Positions 1 through 10,000 of a DNA stretch of 64,000 nt are shown piece after piece. The notes below the pieces were generated by a model. The model did not search any database, had not been told where the DNA came from, and worked only from the letters and a program-made list of their open reading frames with translations. The stretch spans positions 171,673 to 235,672 of IMG/VR virus record IMGVR_UViG_3300020473_001965; one strand, written 5' to 3'. Position 1 is the stretch's first letter; each line of letters begins with the position of its first letter. The translations under genes were made by a program, and so were the position numbers.

Positions 1-404
1 ATGATGTTGAGAAGAGACTGATAAACAGTCTTTCCGAAGGCCCAAAGGCGTACACCCTTATCTTCTTCCCCTCGAACGATGACAGGAGCATAGGTCCTCA
101 TCTTAGGGTATAGCTTCTTTGCTAGCTCATACGATTCCTTAGAACCGTCGTCACGAAGCTTAGTGATAAGCTCCTGGATGGGGTCAGGCTTTCCAAACTG
201 GTATGGTGCCAAAAGACCCGGGTTATTTCCAATATTGTAGTAGAAATAACGCTCCTTGAAAGGTTGACCATCATTATCTTGGAAGGATAGCAAGCGAACT
301 GTGTGTTCTTCGCCTTCTTGCGGCCGCCACATCGTGTTTCGCTTTGAATTGTTACCAGAAAGCTGTCCCAGCTTCTTTCGAATTGCATCTAAATCAATTG
401 CCAT
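1..404 (-). CDS. gp32: T4 gp32-like single-stranded DNA-binding protein (runs off the left edge; absent from ORF track)
   Basis: ATG at 404 with AGGAGA SD (410-415); my translation MAIDLDAIRKKLGQLSGNNSKRNTMWRPQEGEEHTVRLLSF...KLYPKMRTYAPVIVRGEEDKGVRLWAFGKTVYQ is open to the edge and resembles phage gp32-type SSBs. Confidence 0.8.
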   Translation of the reverse strand, partial: MAIDLDAIRKKLGQLSGNNSKRNTMWRPQEGEEHTVRLLSFQDNDGQPFKERYFYYNIGNNPGLLAPYQFGKPDPIQELITKLRDDGSKESYELAKKLYPKMRTYAPVIVRGEEDKGVRLWAFGKTVYQSLLNI

Positions 405-456
405 TTTTTATCTCCTTAATGTTTAATGTGCAAATGTCCAATTACTTGGCTTGTAT

Positions 457-485
457 AAAGTACTGTGTGTGTATTAGTTGTTCAA
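457..485 (-). promoter_or_regulatory. sigma70-like promoter for the SSB gene
   Basis: TTGAAC (485-480), 17 nt spacer, TACTTT (462-457). Confidence 0.45.
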
Positions 486-489
486 ATAT

Positions 490-1083
490 TTATTTGTTTG
501 TCTTGCGACTTTTTTTGCCCTTTTTTCTCTTACCGGGCATGTAAGGTTTTGCTCCTCCGAAGCCGCTGCCGGCTGCGGCGGCAGGAGTTCTTCTCTTTCT
601 CCCATGGGATGGTGGTGATTGGCCGAGGGGCAGAGTCACCCCTCTGATTGTTCCTCTAGAAGCGCCGCCTCCTCCACCCATACCAATTGCATTTATTTCT
701 TCTACTTCATCTTCTTCTTCGAGTTCATCTTCATCAATAATGTCTTCGCCGTCTTCAGACTCTGCTTTCTTGGTCGGTCCCGGGTATGCGGGAGGTGTAT
801 GAGGAGGCTCTAAAGACAGTGTTCCTCCTTCTAGCAAGATATGCCTAACATATTCTCTAATCAAACCCTCTTCCATTGTTTCCTCCAACTCCTCATCGTA
901 GCATTCAAATGAATCTTCATCGCATTCAGGATCGTAAAAACCCGCTAAAGGTGTACTGGTTTTTCTTGAGAAATCAGTTGATGCATAAGAAGAAGGATCG
1001 CCTACTTGACCTGTCAGGGTTGGTGACTTAATTCTTCCAGATGCATAACCGGGTGCTATATGAAATTCAGCTGATTTTGGCAT
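490..1083 (-). CDS. hypothetical low-complexity acidic protein with basic C-terminus
   Basis: 197 aa ORF; D/E tracts, LIREYVRHILLE helix, K/R-rich tail; possible internal start at M70 (876) with GGAGG 5 nt upstream. Confidence 0.65.
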   Translation of the reverse strand: MPKSAEFHIAPGYASGRIKSPTLTGQVGDPSSYASTDFSRKTSTPLAGFYDPECDEDSFECYDEELEETMEEGLIREYVRHILLEGGTLSLEPPHTPPAYPGPTKKAESEDGEDIIDEDELEEEDEVEEINAIGMGGGGGASRGTIRGVTLPLGQSPPSHGRKRRTPAAAAGSGFGGAKPYMPGKRKKGKKSRKTNK

Positions 1084-1103
1084 GTATATACATATTCTCT
1101 ACA

Positions 1104-1685
1104 TTACCCTTTTAATACAGCAGTCAGCCTGATAGCGTTATTTAAAGCCACAGACAAAATGGGCTGTCCGTTATGATAGAACTTAGACTCATCTGCCAGA
1201 GCACCTGAGCTTAAGAGGACTGCTAGCCATTCATTCTTTGAAAGATTTATTCCCAAATGATTTAGCAGCCAGAGCGATCGATGTTCAACTGTCATTTTTT
1301 CAAGCTTTTCATTAAACTTAAAATGTTGACCTAGTTTTTCCTGGTGCCACTTGGATGTCTCTTTGACAAAAAGGTCATGTTCGGTGTCCCCTACCTTTCC
1401 TATTGCATGAAACAACGATACTGTTATCATCTCGTCAGACGTCAAGCCCAAATTGTGTGCTTCGTTTTCTCTCCTTAAGTGATTTAAGACACTCAAAGAA
1501 TACTCTATGAGACCTCCTTGATAGGCCCAGCCCTGCTCTTCCCTGCAATTAAACGGGCACAAAGCAAGGCGCTCTCCAAGTGCCTCAATAAAAAGCTCAT
1601 AAGACTCAGACCTCTCTGAAACTTTCTGACTTAACTTATAGAATAATTCAAAATTGGACTGAATTTTTTCTGTTGGTAAACTCAT
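1104..1685 (-). CDS. HD-domain protein with degenerate metal-binding residues
   Basis: GGLIEYSLSV and LFHAIGK align with HD-family GGLxEHxLxV and LLHDxGK; AGGAG SD. Confidence 0.7.
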   Translation of the reverse strand: MSLPTEKIQSNFELFYKLSQKVSERSESYELFIEALGERLALCPFNCREEQGWAYQGGLIEYSLSVLNHLRRENEAHNLGLTSDEMITVSLFHAIGKVGDTEHDLFVKETSKWHQEKLGQHFKFNEKLEKMTVEHRSLWLLNHLGINLSKNEWLAVLLSSGALADESKFYHNGQPILSVALNNAIRLTAVLKG

Positions 1686-1702
1686 TCATCATCTCCTGGT
1701 AA

Positions 1703-1731
1703 ATCATACACCAAGAGAGTCGATTTTACAA
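1703..1731 (-). promoter_or_regulatory. sigma70-like promoter for the HD gene
   Basis: TTGTAA (1731-1726), 17 nt spacer, TATGAT (1708-1703). Confidence 0.6.
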
Positions 1732-1732
1732 A

Positions 1733-1963
1733 TTAATCTAAGTTTTTAAGCTCTGATAGAACGAAGTTACGAAGCTTTTCGGCTGTAAAAGTCTCAATGA
1801 GGTCTTCTTCGTGATCCTTGTTGTAGTGTAGATTTTCTCCACCTGACCACGCGTCTTCTTTAGCCTTGACATCTTCTGGTTTGTCTTTGTCGATTGCTAA
1901 GCCTGTTGCCTTCTTCATTTCTTCAATTATGATTCTTTTAAGATCACTCTTCTTGATTCTCAT
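1733..1963 (-). CDS. small hypothetical protein with MRIKKSDLKRIIIEE N-terminus
   Basis: 76 aa ORF, AGGAG SD, ATAATTA motif at 1995-1989. Confidence 0.7.
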   Translation of the reverse strand: MRIKKSDLKRIIIEEMKKATGLAIDKDKPEDVKAKEDAWSGGENLHYNKDHEEDLIETFTAEKLRNFVLSELKNLD

Positions 1964-2014
1964 CTTTAACTCCTCAAGACTACAGGATTAATTATTAACG
2001 TCAACGCCAAATTA

Positions 2015-3223
2015 TTAAACTTTAGATATGGAAAGTGGGAATGATTCTTTAAACCCGGAAATCACAGAGGCTGTTTTGACTAAATTCTTTAAATCGTCGA
2101 CAGCAAAAGGAGCTACATCCAAAAGCAGAGCATCGTGAATAATGTAAATGGGCGTTATGCCCAAGTCTTTTGCCCGGATCTCTTCAATAATTTTTCTAAA
2201 TCCGGACAGACACACGTCTACACCCGTCGATTGTATATAGTGACTCACAAGTAAATGTGAATCACACTTAGTGAATGTCAACGGGCGACCGTAATAGTTT
2301 TGTATTGAGCTTCCGCTTTCATGACACTCTCTTAACAACCTTCTAGCAAGTACGTCTATCTTAAAAAACGTTCTTATTTTATCCAGGACTATGGAAGCAT
2401 CGACGTCTCGACCGACAATAAGCTGTAACTTAACGGGCGATATACCGTAAAGTGCTCCCATGACTGCAATTTTTAACTTTACTCGATCAAGTTTTAGCCC
2501 TGTTTTTAAAGCTAAGCTATCGTAGATATCTTTATCAAATTCGACTCCGGCAAGGCACCCAGCTATTCGAGGCTCTAGAGAAGAGTAATCTACTTGTATT
2601 ATTCTTCCTCCGGGATATCTTGACTTAAAAATCTTTCTATGCTCTTTCTTAAGTGTAAGAATCTTGGGTCCTCTTTTAACAACTGTCCTTCCAGTCGCAC
2701 CTTGTTGATAGACAGGAGGTGGCAGCTTGTCGTCTGGCTTAGGACTAAAAGAATTAAGCGTTGATATCAATGTCGGGTTCGTTTCTTGAGCCTTTAGATC
2801 GTTAAGAATTTTTTTATCAATCAAGGCAGGTTGCAAGCTCGTCAGTGCTTCTCTGTTGACTAGAAAGTTGTCGACGTATGTTGTATCATTTATCTTGTCA
2901 AGTGCGCTCCAGAGATCAGCCACAAGGTTAGAAATATAACTTTGGAACACAGCTCGAGGGAGTGCATGATGCCATGGTATTGAAAGTCCAGCGGGTAGAC
3001 CACAAGTTGTATACGCAGTCACGTATTTTTCTGGTGGTCTGTCTCGTGGATCGATATTGAACATCAAGCACAAATCATTTAAAGACCTAACTGCATTGGG
3101 AGCATTTCCGTATATCCATGCATCTTCAGGTGGCGATGATACCCAAGAAAAGAGACCTGTACTCCTTTCACACAAAAGATTCTTATCTGTCCCTAAGAGG
3201 TTTTTTGAAATACAAACTTGCAC
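2015..3223 (-). CDS. polA: minimal family A DNA polymerase (polymerase domain only)
   Basis: GATGR, motif A DYSSLEPR, motif B RVKLKIAVMGALYG, YGRPL, IQSTGVD, motif C IIHDALL; no recognisable exonuclease domains; GTG start. Confidence 0.8.
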   Translation of the reverse strand: MQVCISKNLLGTDKNLLCERSTGLFSWVSSPPEDAWIYGNAPNAVRSLNDLCLMFNIDPRDRPPEKYVTAYTTCGLPAGLSIPWHHALPRAVFQSYISNLVADLWSALDKINDTTYVDNFLVNREALTSLQPALIDKKILNDLKAQETNPTLISTLNSFSPKPDDKLPPPVYQQGATGRTVVKRGPKILTLKKEHRKIFKSRYPGGRIIQVDYSSLEPRIAGCLAGVEFDKDIYDSLALKTGLKLDRVKLKIAVMGALYGISPVKLQLIVGRDVDASIVLDKIRTFFKIDVLARRLLRECHESGSSIQNYYGRPLTFTKCDSHLLVSHYIQSTGVDVCLSGFRKIIEEIRAKDLGITPIYIIHDALLLDVAPFAVDDLKNLVKTASVISGFKESFPLSISKV

Positions 3224-3228
3224 ATGTT

Positions 3229-3257
3229 AAAATAACACGCATAAAGAAAATGTTCAA
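3229..3257 (-). promoter_or_regulatory. sigma70-like promoter, probably giving a leaderless polA mRNA
   Basis: TTGAAC (3257-3252), 17 nt, TGn-TATTTT (3234-3229); GTG start 6 nt downstream of the -10. Confidence 0.5.
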
Positions 3258-6200
3258 GGAAGACGAGCTTCGGCAGCTTTGACTCTATTTTCCCACACAG
3301 TTTTTTGACTAGAATCTTCCTCTGAAGAAAATGAAGAGCCTAGCCAGGCGTTAAAGAGGCCTATTAGGCGCTTGCATTTTGCTTTATTGTTATCAGACTT
3401 TTTCTGCTTTGCGTCTTTGTCTTTGCCTGTTCTCCTGTCAGCGTCTTCTTTGTACCTAGCAGCCAGGATGGCTGCGCCTTCGATATCATGCAGAAGGTTT
3501 CTAGGTTTCACGCTTCTGAGCGTTGCTAATCTAGCTGCCTTAGCAGCTGCCTTTTCAGCAGCTTCTTTTGCGATCCCCGCTTCTTCAGCATGTTCGTTAA
3601 TTAAGTCTGTTTCAACAATTCCACGAAGAGCTTGCTGGTTAGTAACTCTCACTCTTACTTCATCTTTGTTTGCATCAACTTCATCTATGGCAGCCGCTGT
3701 CTGATCATCAACAGTTGTTCCGCTCGAGCCTACACGTGTTGCGATATCTGACAGGCGTTGAGTCAGATCTTTAAAGACTGCATATCCCCCTGTGTATAAG
3801 AGATTTGCAGACGTCGTAAACTTTCCTGCCGCAACTTCATGAGACACACTCATTACACTGTACAAAGCATCAAGATCTGTGCCTGTTCTGAAGTCTACAA
3901 AAACTGTTTGCAAGGGTGCGATAATGGGACATCCTGGAAGGGTCAAGTTTAATTGTTGAGGCATCATAGTCATCGGCATTATATCTTCTTCGATACCAGA
4001 ATCATCGCCTGGATCAGACCCCTTCAACATGTGAACGGTGTTCAAGTCAGAATTTGATGAGTTACTAATACTTGCAGCAAATAGTGCTGAATTACTAGAG
4101 CCTATGTCAATAGAAGGTGCAAAAGTTTTTAATAAGTCTTTGTATGCGTTGCCTCGTTTAAATACTAGATAGTCTCCTTCGTTTGACAATAGACCTAAAT
4201 CTTCAGCAAAAGTATAAGCTCTATTTCTATCAATCGCACGTGAAACAGATGCTGTGTAAGGCTCCTCTTCACCTTCAGATTGATTAACTGCAGACGGGAC
4301 ATAGTCTTCAAAGATTCTATACATTAAATCTGTCGCTCCTGAATATGACATCGATTTTTCGTCTTCAATGTATATCCTCAAGATCTTTGACGATTCGCAT
4401 GTGGCTGCGCCTCCTACTTCTGCTTTTCCCTCTGGGGTCAAAGGCTGGATTGGAGGTGCTTCAAACTGAACCTTTATCAGTGGGGTTCTGAACTCATAGG
4501 GGCCCGTTTCGTAAGCGTGCTTTAATGCTTCTGACCTTTTGCTGTTAGCAGTTTCGAGAACTCGTTCAGACTCAATTTCTTTATAATCAAAAAACCCTGT
4601 GTCCTTGTTTACAGTTCTTGTATAGTCGCGACCTTTTGATCCGAAGCCGTATTCTGCCCATCCTTGATTATCAAAAAAGACGTTCTGAATCAGTCCTACA
4701 AAATCCATTATCCCTATGTTGGGACCTTGTGCATTGGTAACTCGATCCATTGCAGCTTTAAAGTCTGGCCAGTGGATTGGTATCGCTGCGATTGACATGT
4801 TGCTTATATAAGAAGCTCTGTCATTAATAACACCCCATATCACTTGAATCTCGTCAAACTCAGGAAAACCTGGGGCGTATGTCAGAGGTGATACGACGTA
4901 GAGATTGAAAAGCTTTCCTAGAGAAACATAGTCTCGGTTTTGCTTTCCTATCAACATATACTTTTCGACGCGTGCTGAATCTTTTAAGTCAGGCTTGTAT
5001 TCGTAAAGCCTTGGGTGTGTACTACCTCCCCAGCATTTATCCCAAACGAGCCAAGGATCAGGCGCGTCCCAAACTCCAGTCAACTTCTTAGACGCAACGC
5101 TTTTGATTGTCTCTCTTGCTGAAGTCAACGCTGATATGTTTGACCCACCCGACCCTATCAATTCTTCTAGTGCAGCTACTGCATCATCGGGAACAGCATC
5201 ACCAGCTTTTTTTGCAGTCGCTATTAAGGCATTGATTGAGTCAAGTGCTATAGGAAATGTAAATTGCTTTCCGGCTTTGCCTGCTGATTCAAAAATCTTT
5301 TTAATTCTTGTCGTAGGAAGGCCGGGGGTTTTTTCAGGCAAATAATCACGTATAGAGACGATGAGATCTTCCAGGTCTTGCAACATCCTCTGTTCAGATT
5401 TTGCGACATCATCGAGTATCTTTCCACCCTCGATAAACTGTTGTGCTCCGCTAGCTGCAATCGTCAACGTTACCTGAACTTCTCCTGTTGGAGTGAAAGA
5501 ATACGAAGAGTTTGCAATCATGAACGTCTCAGATCTTCTCATGCTATTGATAAATTGACCAAAAGGTGCGTCGCCTATCGGCAAGTTTGCATCTGGATGG
5601 ATCCAGCCATATTCTATTTTTAGATATGTAGTGCCCATATGACGTGGGCTTACGAGAGATGCTATTTCTGCAAGTCGAGATCTGTCATGCAGAGTAAAAG
5701 TTAGAGACCCGTCTGTAAAGATAATAGAGTTTACTTGGGGCGCTACATTTAGCTTTATGCCCATAAGAGACATGAACGGACGGTATGGGTCGATTACGCC
5801 AGATGTGGTTCCATTAAACCCACCTATTCTAGTTACTGTCCCACGGCGCTCGTCGGAATTTACCAGTGTTTGTGGTGATAAGAATACTTCCATGCCGCTT
5901 ACATTTCTTATTTTCGATTGTTCAGCCTTCACGGACGTATCGTCTGCGCCGTCGGGCATTTCCAGCCTGTTTGAAGTTTTTGACCATGATGTGGAAGAGA
6001 ACTCATCCTCGCCTAGTAAAAACCTGTATAATGATGGGACACCTTCTGCATCTACATTATCTGTACCACGACCTGGTCCGAAAAATTGAACGTCTAAATA
6101 CGGCACACACCTGGACAACTCAATTGTTGGAAGTGCATTAAGAAAGATGTGCAGAGCTTCAGAATTTCCTGTTTCTCTAGAGAATGTTATATCATTGCTG

Positions 6201-6706
6201 CAAATATTGGTTATTATGGGTTCTTCTATCTCTTCTCTATTTTGGGCCACCACCGCAGCAGGCGATGTCGATTCGAGTACCCTCATCATCATCACCGTCC
6301 AAACACCCATCCAGCATGTGGCATTATCAGGATTTAAGCTAAATCCACCTCCGGCTGCCGGAGAAAGAGTAGGCGGGCCAAATGACTGCACTACAACTTT
6401 GCCTGCAAGATCTCCAGTATTGGCTTCTAGCATCTGGATGATCTCACCTATGGGTGGGTTTCCATTACCGACCCCATACAGAGAATTGCGAAGGAGAGAG
6501 ATCGCATCGATTTCACTCACTGTCTTAGGAATTGCTGCGTTCGGCCCTGTATCTGTGTTTCCTTCAATATTATTGACAGGCTCAAACGTTACAGCGTCAG
6601 CTATGCCTTCAAGCAATCCTGTATTCCTACCCAGATACTTGGACAACTCATTTATTACTTCATAAAGATTTGATGGGTTCCATCTTTTTATTTGATCGCC
6701 AGACAT
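3254..6706 (-). CDS. putative baseplate hub protein (gp27/GpD-like C-terminal signature)
   Basis: 1150 aa; follows LysM and tube-initiator-like genes; LNLTLPGCPIIAPLQTVFVDF...LYSVMSVSHEVAAGKFTTSANL resembles hub/late-control-D C-termini. Confidence 0.5.
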   Translation of the reverse strand: MSGDQIKRWNPSNLYEVINELSKYLGRNTGLLEGIADAVTFEPVNNIEGNTDTGPNAAIPKTVSEIDAISLLRNSLYGVGNGNPPIGEIIQMLEANTGDLAGKVVVQSFGPPTLSPAAGGGFSLNPDNATCWMGVWTVMMMRVLESTSPAAVVAQNREEIEEPIITNICSNDITFSRETGNSEALHIFLNALPTIELSRCVPYLDVQFFGPGRGTDNVDAEGVPSLYRFLLGEDEFSSTSWSKTSNRLEMPDGADDTSVKAEQSKIRNVSGMEVFLSPQTLVNSDERRGTVTRIGGFNGTTSGVIDPYRPFMSLMGIKLNVAPQVNSIIFTDGSLTFTLHDRSRLAEIASLVSPRHMGTTYLKIEYGWIHPDANLPIGDAPFGQFINSMRRSETFMIANSSYSFTPTGEVQVTLTIAASGAQQFIEGGKILDDVAKSEQRMLQDLEDLIVSIRDYLPEKTPGLPTTRIKKIFESAGKAGKQFTFPIALDSINALIATAKKAGDAVPDDAVAALEELIGSGGSNISALTSARETIKSVASKKLTGVWDAPDPWLVWDKCWGGSTHPRLYEYKPDLKDSARVEKYMLIGKQNRDYVSLGKLFNLYVVSPLTYAPGFPEFDEIQVIWGVINDRASYISNMSIAAIPIHWPDFKAAMDRVTNAQGPNIGIMDFVGLIQNVFFDNQGWAEYGFGSKGRDYTRTVNKDTGFFDYKEIESERVLETANSKRSEALKHAYETGPYEFRTPLIKVQFEAPPIQPLTPEGKAEVGGAATCESSKILRIYIEDEKSMSYSGATDLMYRIFEDYVPSAVNQSEGEEEPYTASVSRAIDRNRAYTFAEDLGLLSNEGDYLVFKRGNAYKDLLKTFAPSIDIGSSNSALFAASISNSSNSDLNTVHMLKGSDPGDDSGIEEDIMPMTMMPQQLNLTLPGCPIIAPLQTVFVDFRTGTDLDALYSVMSVSHEVAAGKFTTSANLLYTGGYAVFKDLTQRLSDIATRVGSSGTTVDDQTAAAIDEVDANKDEVRVRVTNQQALRGIVETDLINEHAEEAGIAKEAAEKAAAKAARLATLRSVKPRNLLHDIEGAAILAARYKEDADRRTGKDKDAKQKKSDNNKAKCKRLIGLFNAWLGSSFSSEEDSSQKTVWENRVKAAEARLP

Positions 6707-6713
6707 AAGCCTA

Positions 6714-6998
6714 CTATAATGCGTTTGATATAATACCTAAATCTGTAGGTATTCTAAGAAAAGTTCCGGGTGGGCACTGCAGACCCCAACCTATGTCGGA
6801 AGCGGCGGCTATTACCCACCAGAGGCGTGTGTCTCCATAGTATTTGTGTGCAACGTGATCCAACCTCTCAGATTCTCTTAGGGCAAGCTCTTTTACAGGT
6901 ACTTTTTTCCTCTTGACAAGCCCACGTACAACCCTTATAGCGTCAGATGTTCCGTAGTAAAGCCTTTCACGCTGAGAAGTTATCTTATGTCTTTTCAT
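6714..6998 (-). CDS. LysM-domain baseplate protein (P2 gpX / T4 gp53-like)
   Basis: ERLDHVAHKYYGDTRLWWVIAAAS...PGTFLRIP is a typical baseplate LysM motif; synteny. Confidence 0.8.
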   Translation of the reverse strand: MKRHKITSQRERLYYGTSDAIRVVRGLVKRKKVPVKELALRESERLDHVAHKYYGDTRLWWVIAAASDIGWGLQCPPGTFLRIPTDLGIISNAL

Positions 6999-7001
6999 TC
7001 G

Positions 7002-10000
7002 TTAGTCTCCATTCGGCTTACTCTTTTCATATGGCCCTCTGGCAAGCTTACCTACAGAGTTTCCAGCATTGTAGATTGGTGCCCTGTTCATTCCGTACTT
7101 ATCTAATCCAGGCCCAATATCGTGGATTGGGGAGAATGAGATTGTAATCTGACAAGCTTTTGGCGCTTTTGATCCTTCTGAAGTTTCCCAGGTTATTTGA
7201 TCAAGCCACTGAAAGTCCATCTGAGTTATGAATCCTGCGAGGCCTCGACCCATGGAGGATTCAAATGCCCTGACAACTGGGTTTGTCTCAGAAGACATGA
7301 ATTCTCCAAAGTCTGGTGGGTCTGCAGCAGGTGCGTACTCAATTGAATCAGGATCTACTTCAAAGACCCCGGCCTTGGCAAGAATATAATACGGTATTAC
7401 AACTTTAGAAAGATCGAGATCCCTAACCTTCATAGCTTGTTGAAATGTCCCATATTTTAAAGCCGCTGCCGCCAGGGCGCCGGCGGCACCTACCACAGTT
7501 TTTCGGGCCGGAGGTATGGGCGCAGTGACTTTACAATGAGCTATTCCGTATTTTGATATATTGCCAAAATCGCCAGATGTCAATCCCATTTCTAAAGATT
7601 CTAGTGTTGGTTCGATTTTTGAAATCTCAAAGACCATACCAGACGGAACCCAAACTTGACGCATCTTTTCTTTTCCGTCCTTCTGGATCATGACTTTCAC
7701 TCTTTCTTTACTGGTGAATTTTGCGGAAATTGCGCCAAGGAGAGGCGGCTCGGCGTATTCTGGAGTTGCACTTTTATTAATCGCTGAATTTACATCTTCC
7801 GTCAGCTCGACTGCAGAGATGATATCAGATGCAGCCTCGGCAGCAAAGTCTGGATTTACACCTGGGCCGAAAAGCCTTGCCAGTGCAAATTTAGAATAAT
7901 TTGATTTTATTAAATCACCTAATCTCAATCGAATCATTGGAGATGCTGCTAGTACTTGTGAGAACGGGGCAGTAAAAGGTTTGTCATCATTTACGTCTGG
8001 GTTTTGCACCATGGTTCCGCCAGAATACTGTGGGTACATCAGTGTCGTCAGCTTGTTAATCTTCCACCACATCTCATCAAAATCCCTCGGATTAGTTGAG
8101 ACAACCCAGAAGGTCATTCCAATCGCTCGCTGCGTATTGTTGTAAATCATCACTGGATCTGCACGGCCGTACCCTTGATTTGAGTCATAATTGGCTGTAT
8201 AGGAATCAGATAGTGACGTCAAAAAAGCATTAAATGATACAATTTCGTTTGTTCTAATATCGTGAAAATAAAAAGGCATGTACTCGCCTTCGCAAAGATC
8301 TTCTACTTTTTTAACTAACTCGGCTGAAAGTCTTGTGTCGCCTGAATCGAGAACCTGTTGCTTGTATCTATGGTCATCCCCCAAAGCGTCTTTAAACTCA
8401 TTTTGATAGTTTGGATCTTCTAGACCGAATGATACTATTTCACCGCCGACAGATTTTGCCATTGTCAAGACGTCTGCACTTATCAAGTAAGTACTGGGAG
8501 GGGCTCCCTGGCGCCAAACTAGTGTTTGATCAGCCCCGTCGATTGTATATCTACTTTTACCTACTCGATATTCTTGAATTCCTGCCTTTAACTCTATTGC
8601 ATCGATTGATGAGACTTTTGTATCAATAACTCCTGAAGCATCGCCAGGTTTAGAAATTATCTTGGATGCATCAGCTTCAATAAGGACGTCTTCGTAGATA
8701 TCACCCATTGCTGCTAGCATGTTTATGTAGCCAATTAGTTTCGAGTTCCTAATTGTGGCAAAGAGGTCAGCAATTGCGCCTAAGGCAGCGAACAGACCTC
8801 CCTTGAAAATGTCACCAAACGCCAGGCCGATCTCAATGGTCGATCTAATGACAGCACGGAAAACAATTGAATAATAACCCGGGGAGTCATTAATGTTTCT
8901 CCCGCCCGGCAAGAATGAAAATATCCCACCTGAGCCTCCTTTGAAGGCATCTACTTCTCCAAAGAAAATTTCTGTCCCTAATGATGTCGCCTCGACAAAA
9001 TCCATGTTCGTAGGACGTACACCGAAGAACGATGGTTTAACAAGCGCCGCTCCGCTGCCTCGGAAAAATTTACCTATTTTTCCTGGGTTTGGGTTGTTAT
9101 ACGATGATACTAGCTTATTACTCGATGGAAGAGGTAGGATCAGTGCACCAATAATCATCGCCACAAGATCTACTAGTATTCCAATTGCTAGAACAAGCGC
9201 AATGACAAGCACAGTCATTCCCATTTTTGGTGTTGCGCCGAACGGTTCAAGTGGGCTGTTTAAAACACCCCAAGATTTATCACGAAAACCCTTGTAGACT
9301 TTTGTAACAGATGCACCTTTAGTCTCTCGGTTTCCTCCGCCGAAACCGGGTTTCTCGACATTACGAGCAAGAACATCATTGGGGTCAACTTTTGTAGCCC
9401 CTAGCTGCTGGAGAGAAGGTAGGATCGCTGCCAAGTCGCCCGTTGACGGTGAGTGTCCTGTCGCAGCTACGATGAGCTTGTGACCGATATCCTTCATCTC
9501 TTTTAGCTTAACACCCCCAGAGTTACTATCATACTCACCTAATTTGTCTTGCTTCGAAACAAACTTCAAAGCATCAACATCACCTGATGACATCGGGGAT
9601 CTGGATGGGTTGTAGGGTGACTTACCATCGGGGTGGAATCTATTGAATTGTGTCAAAACTGGGCTTATTAAAGCTTTGTCACGAGCCTGCTTAAGGGCTT
9701 CATGACCGGTTTTTGCCTCATCTTTTCCTGACTTATCAACAACATCAGCTATTTGATTTCCATCAAAGGTTCCGCCGCCCTTAGCATCGGGTGCAGACCC
9801 TCCTGAAATGGTATCATAATACGATCTTAGACCTGCTGCGTCGATGTTTTTATCGTATGAAACAGCAGATCCGCCGGATCCTACTGTGTGGTGGGCGCGG
9901 CCGCCGTCGTCAGCTATGATAGAAAAATCTTCAGATCCCGGTTTTAAAAAATACCTGTTCGATTCATTTGTTTCTTTTGCAACATAGTCACCTAACGCAT

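Noticed and set aside
122-388. Track ORF on the minus strand
   Set aside because: Out-of-frame shadow of the gp32-like gene starting at 404, which has a strong SD and a recognisable protein
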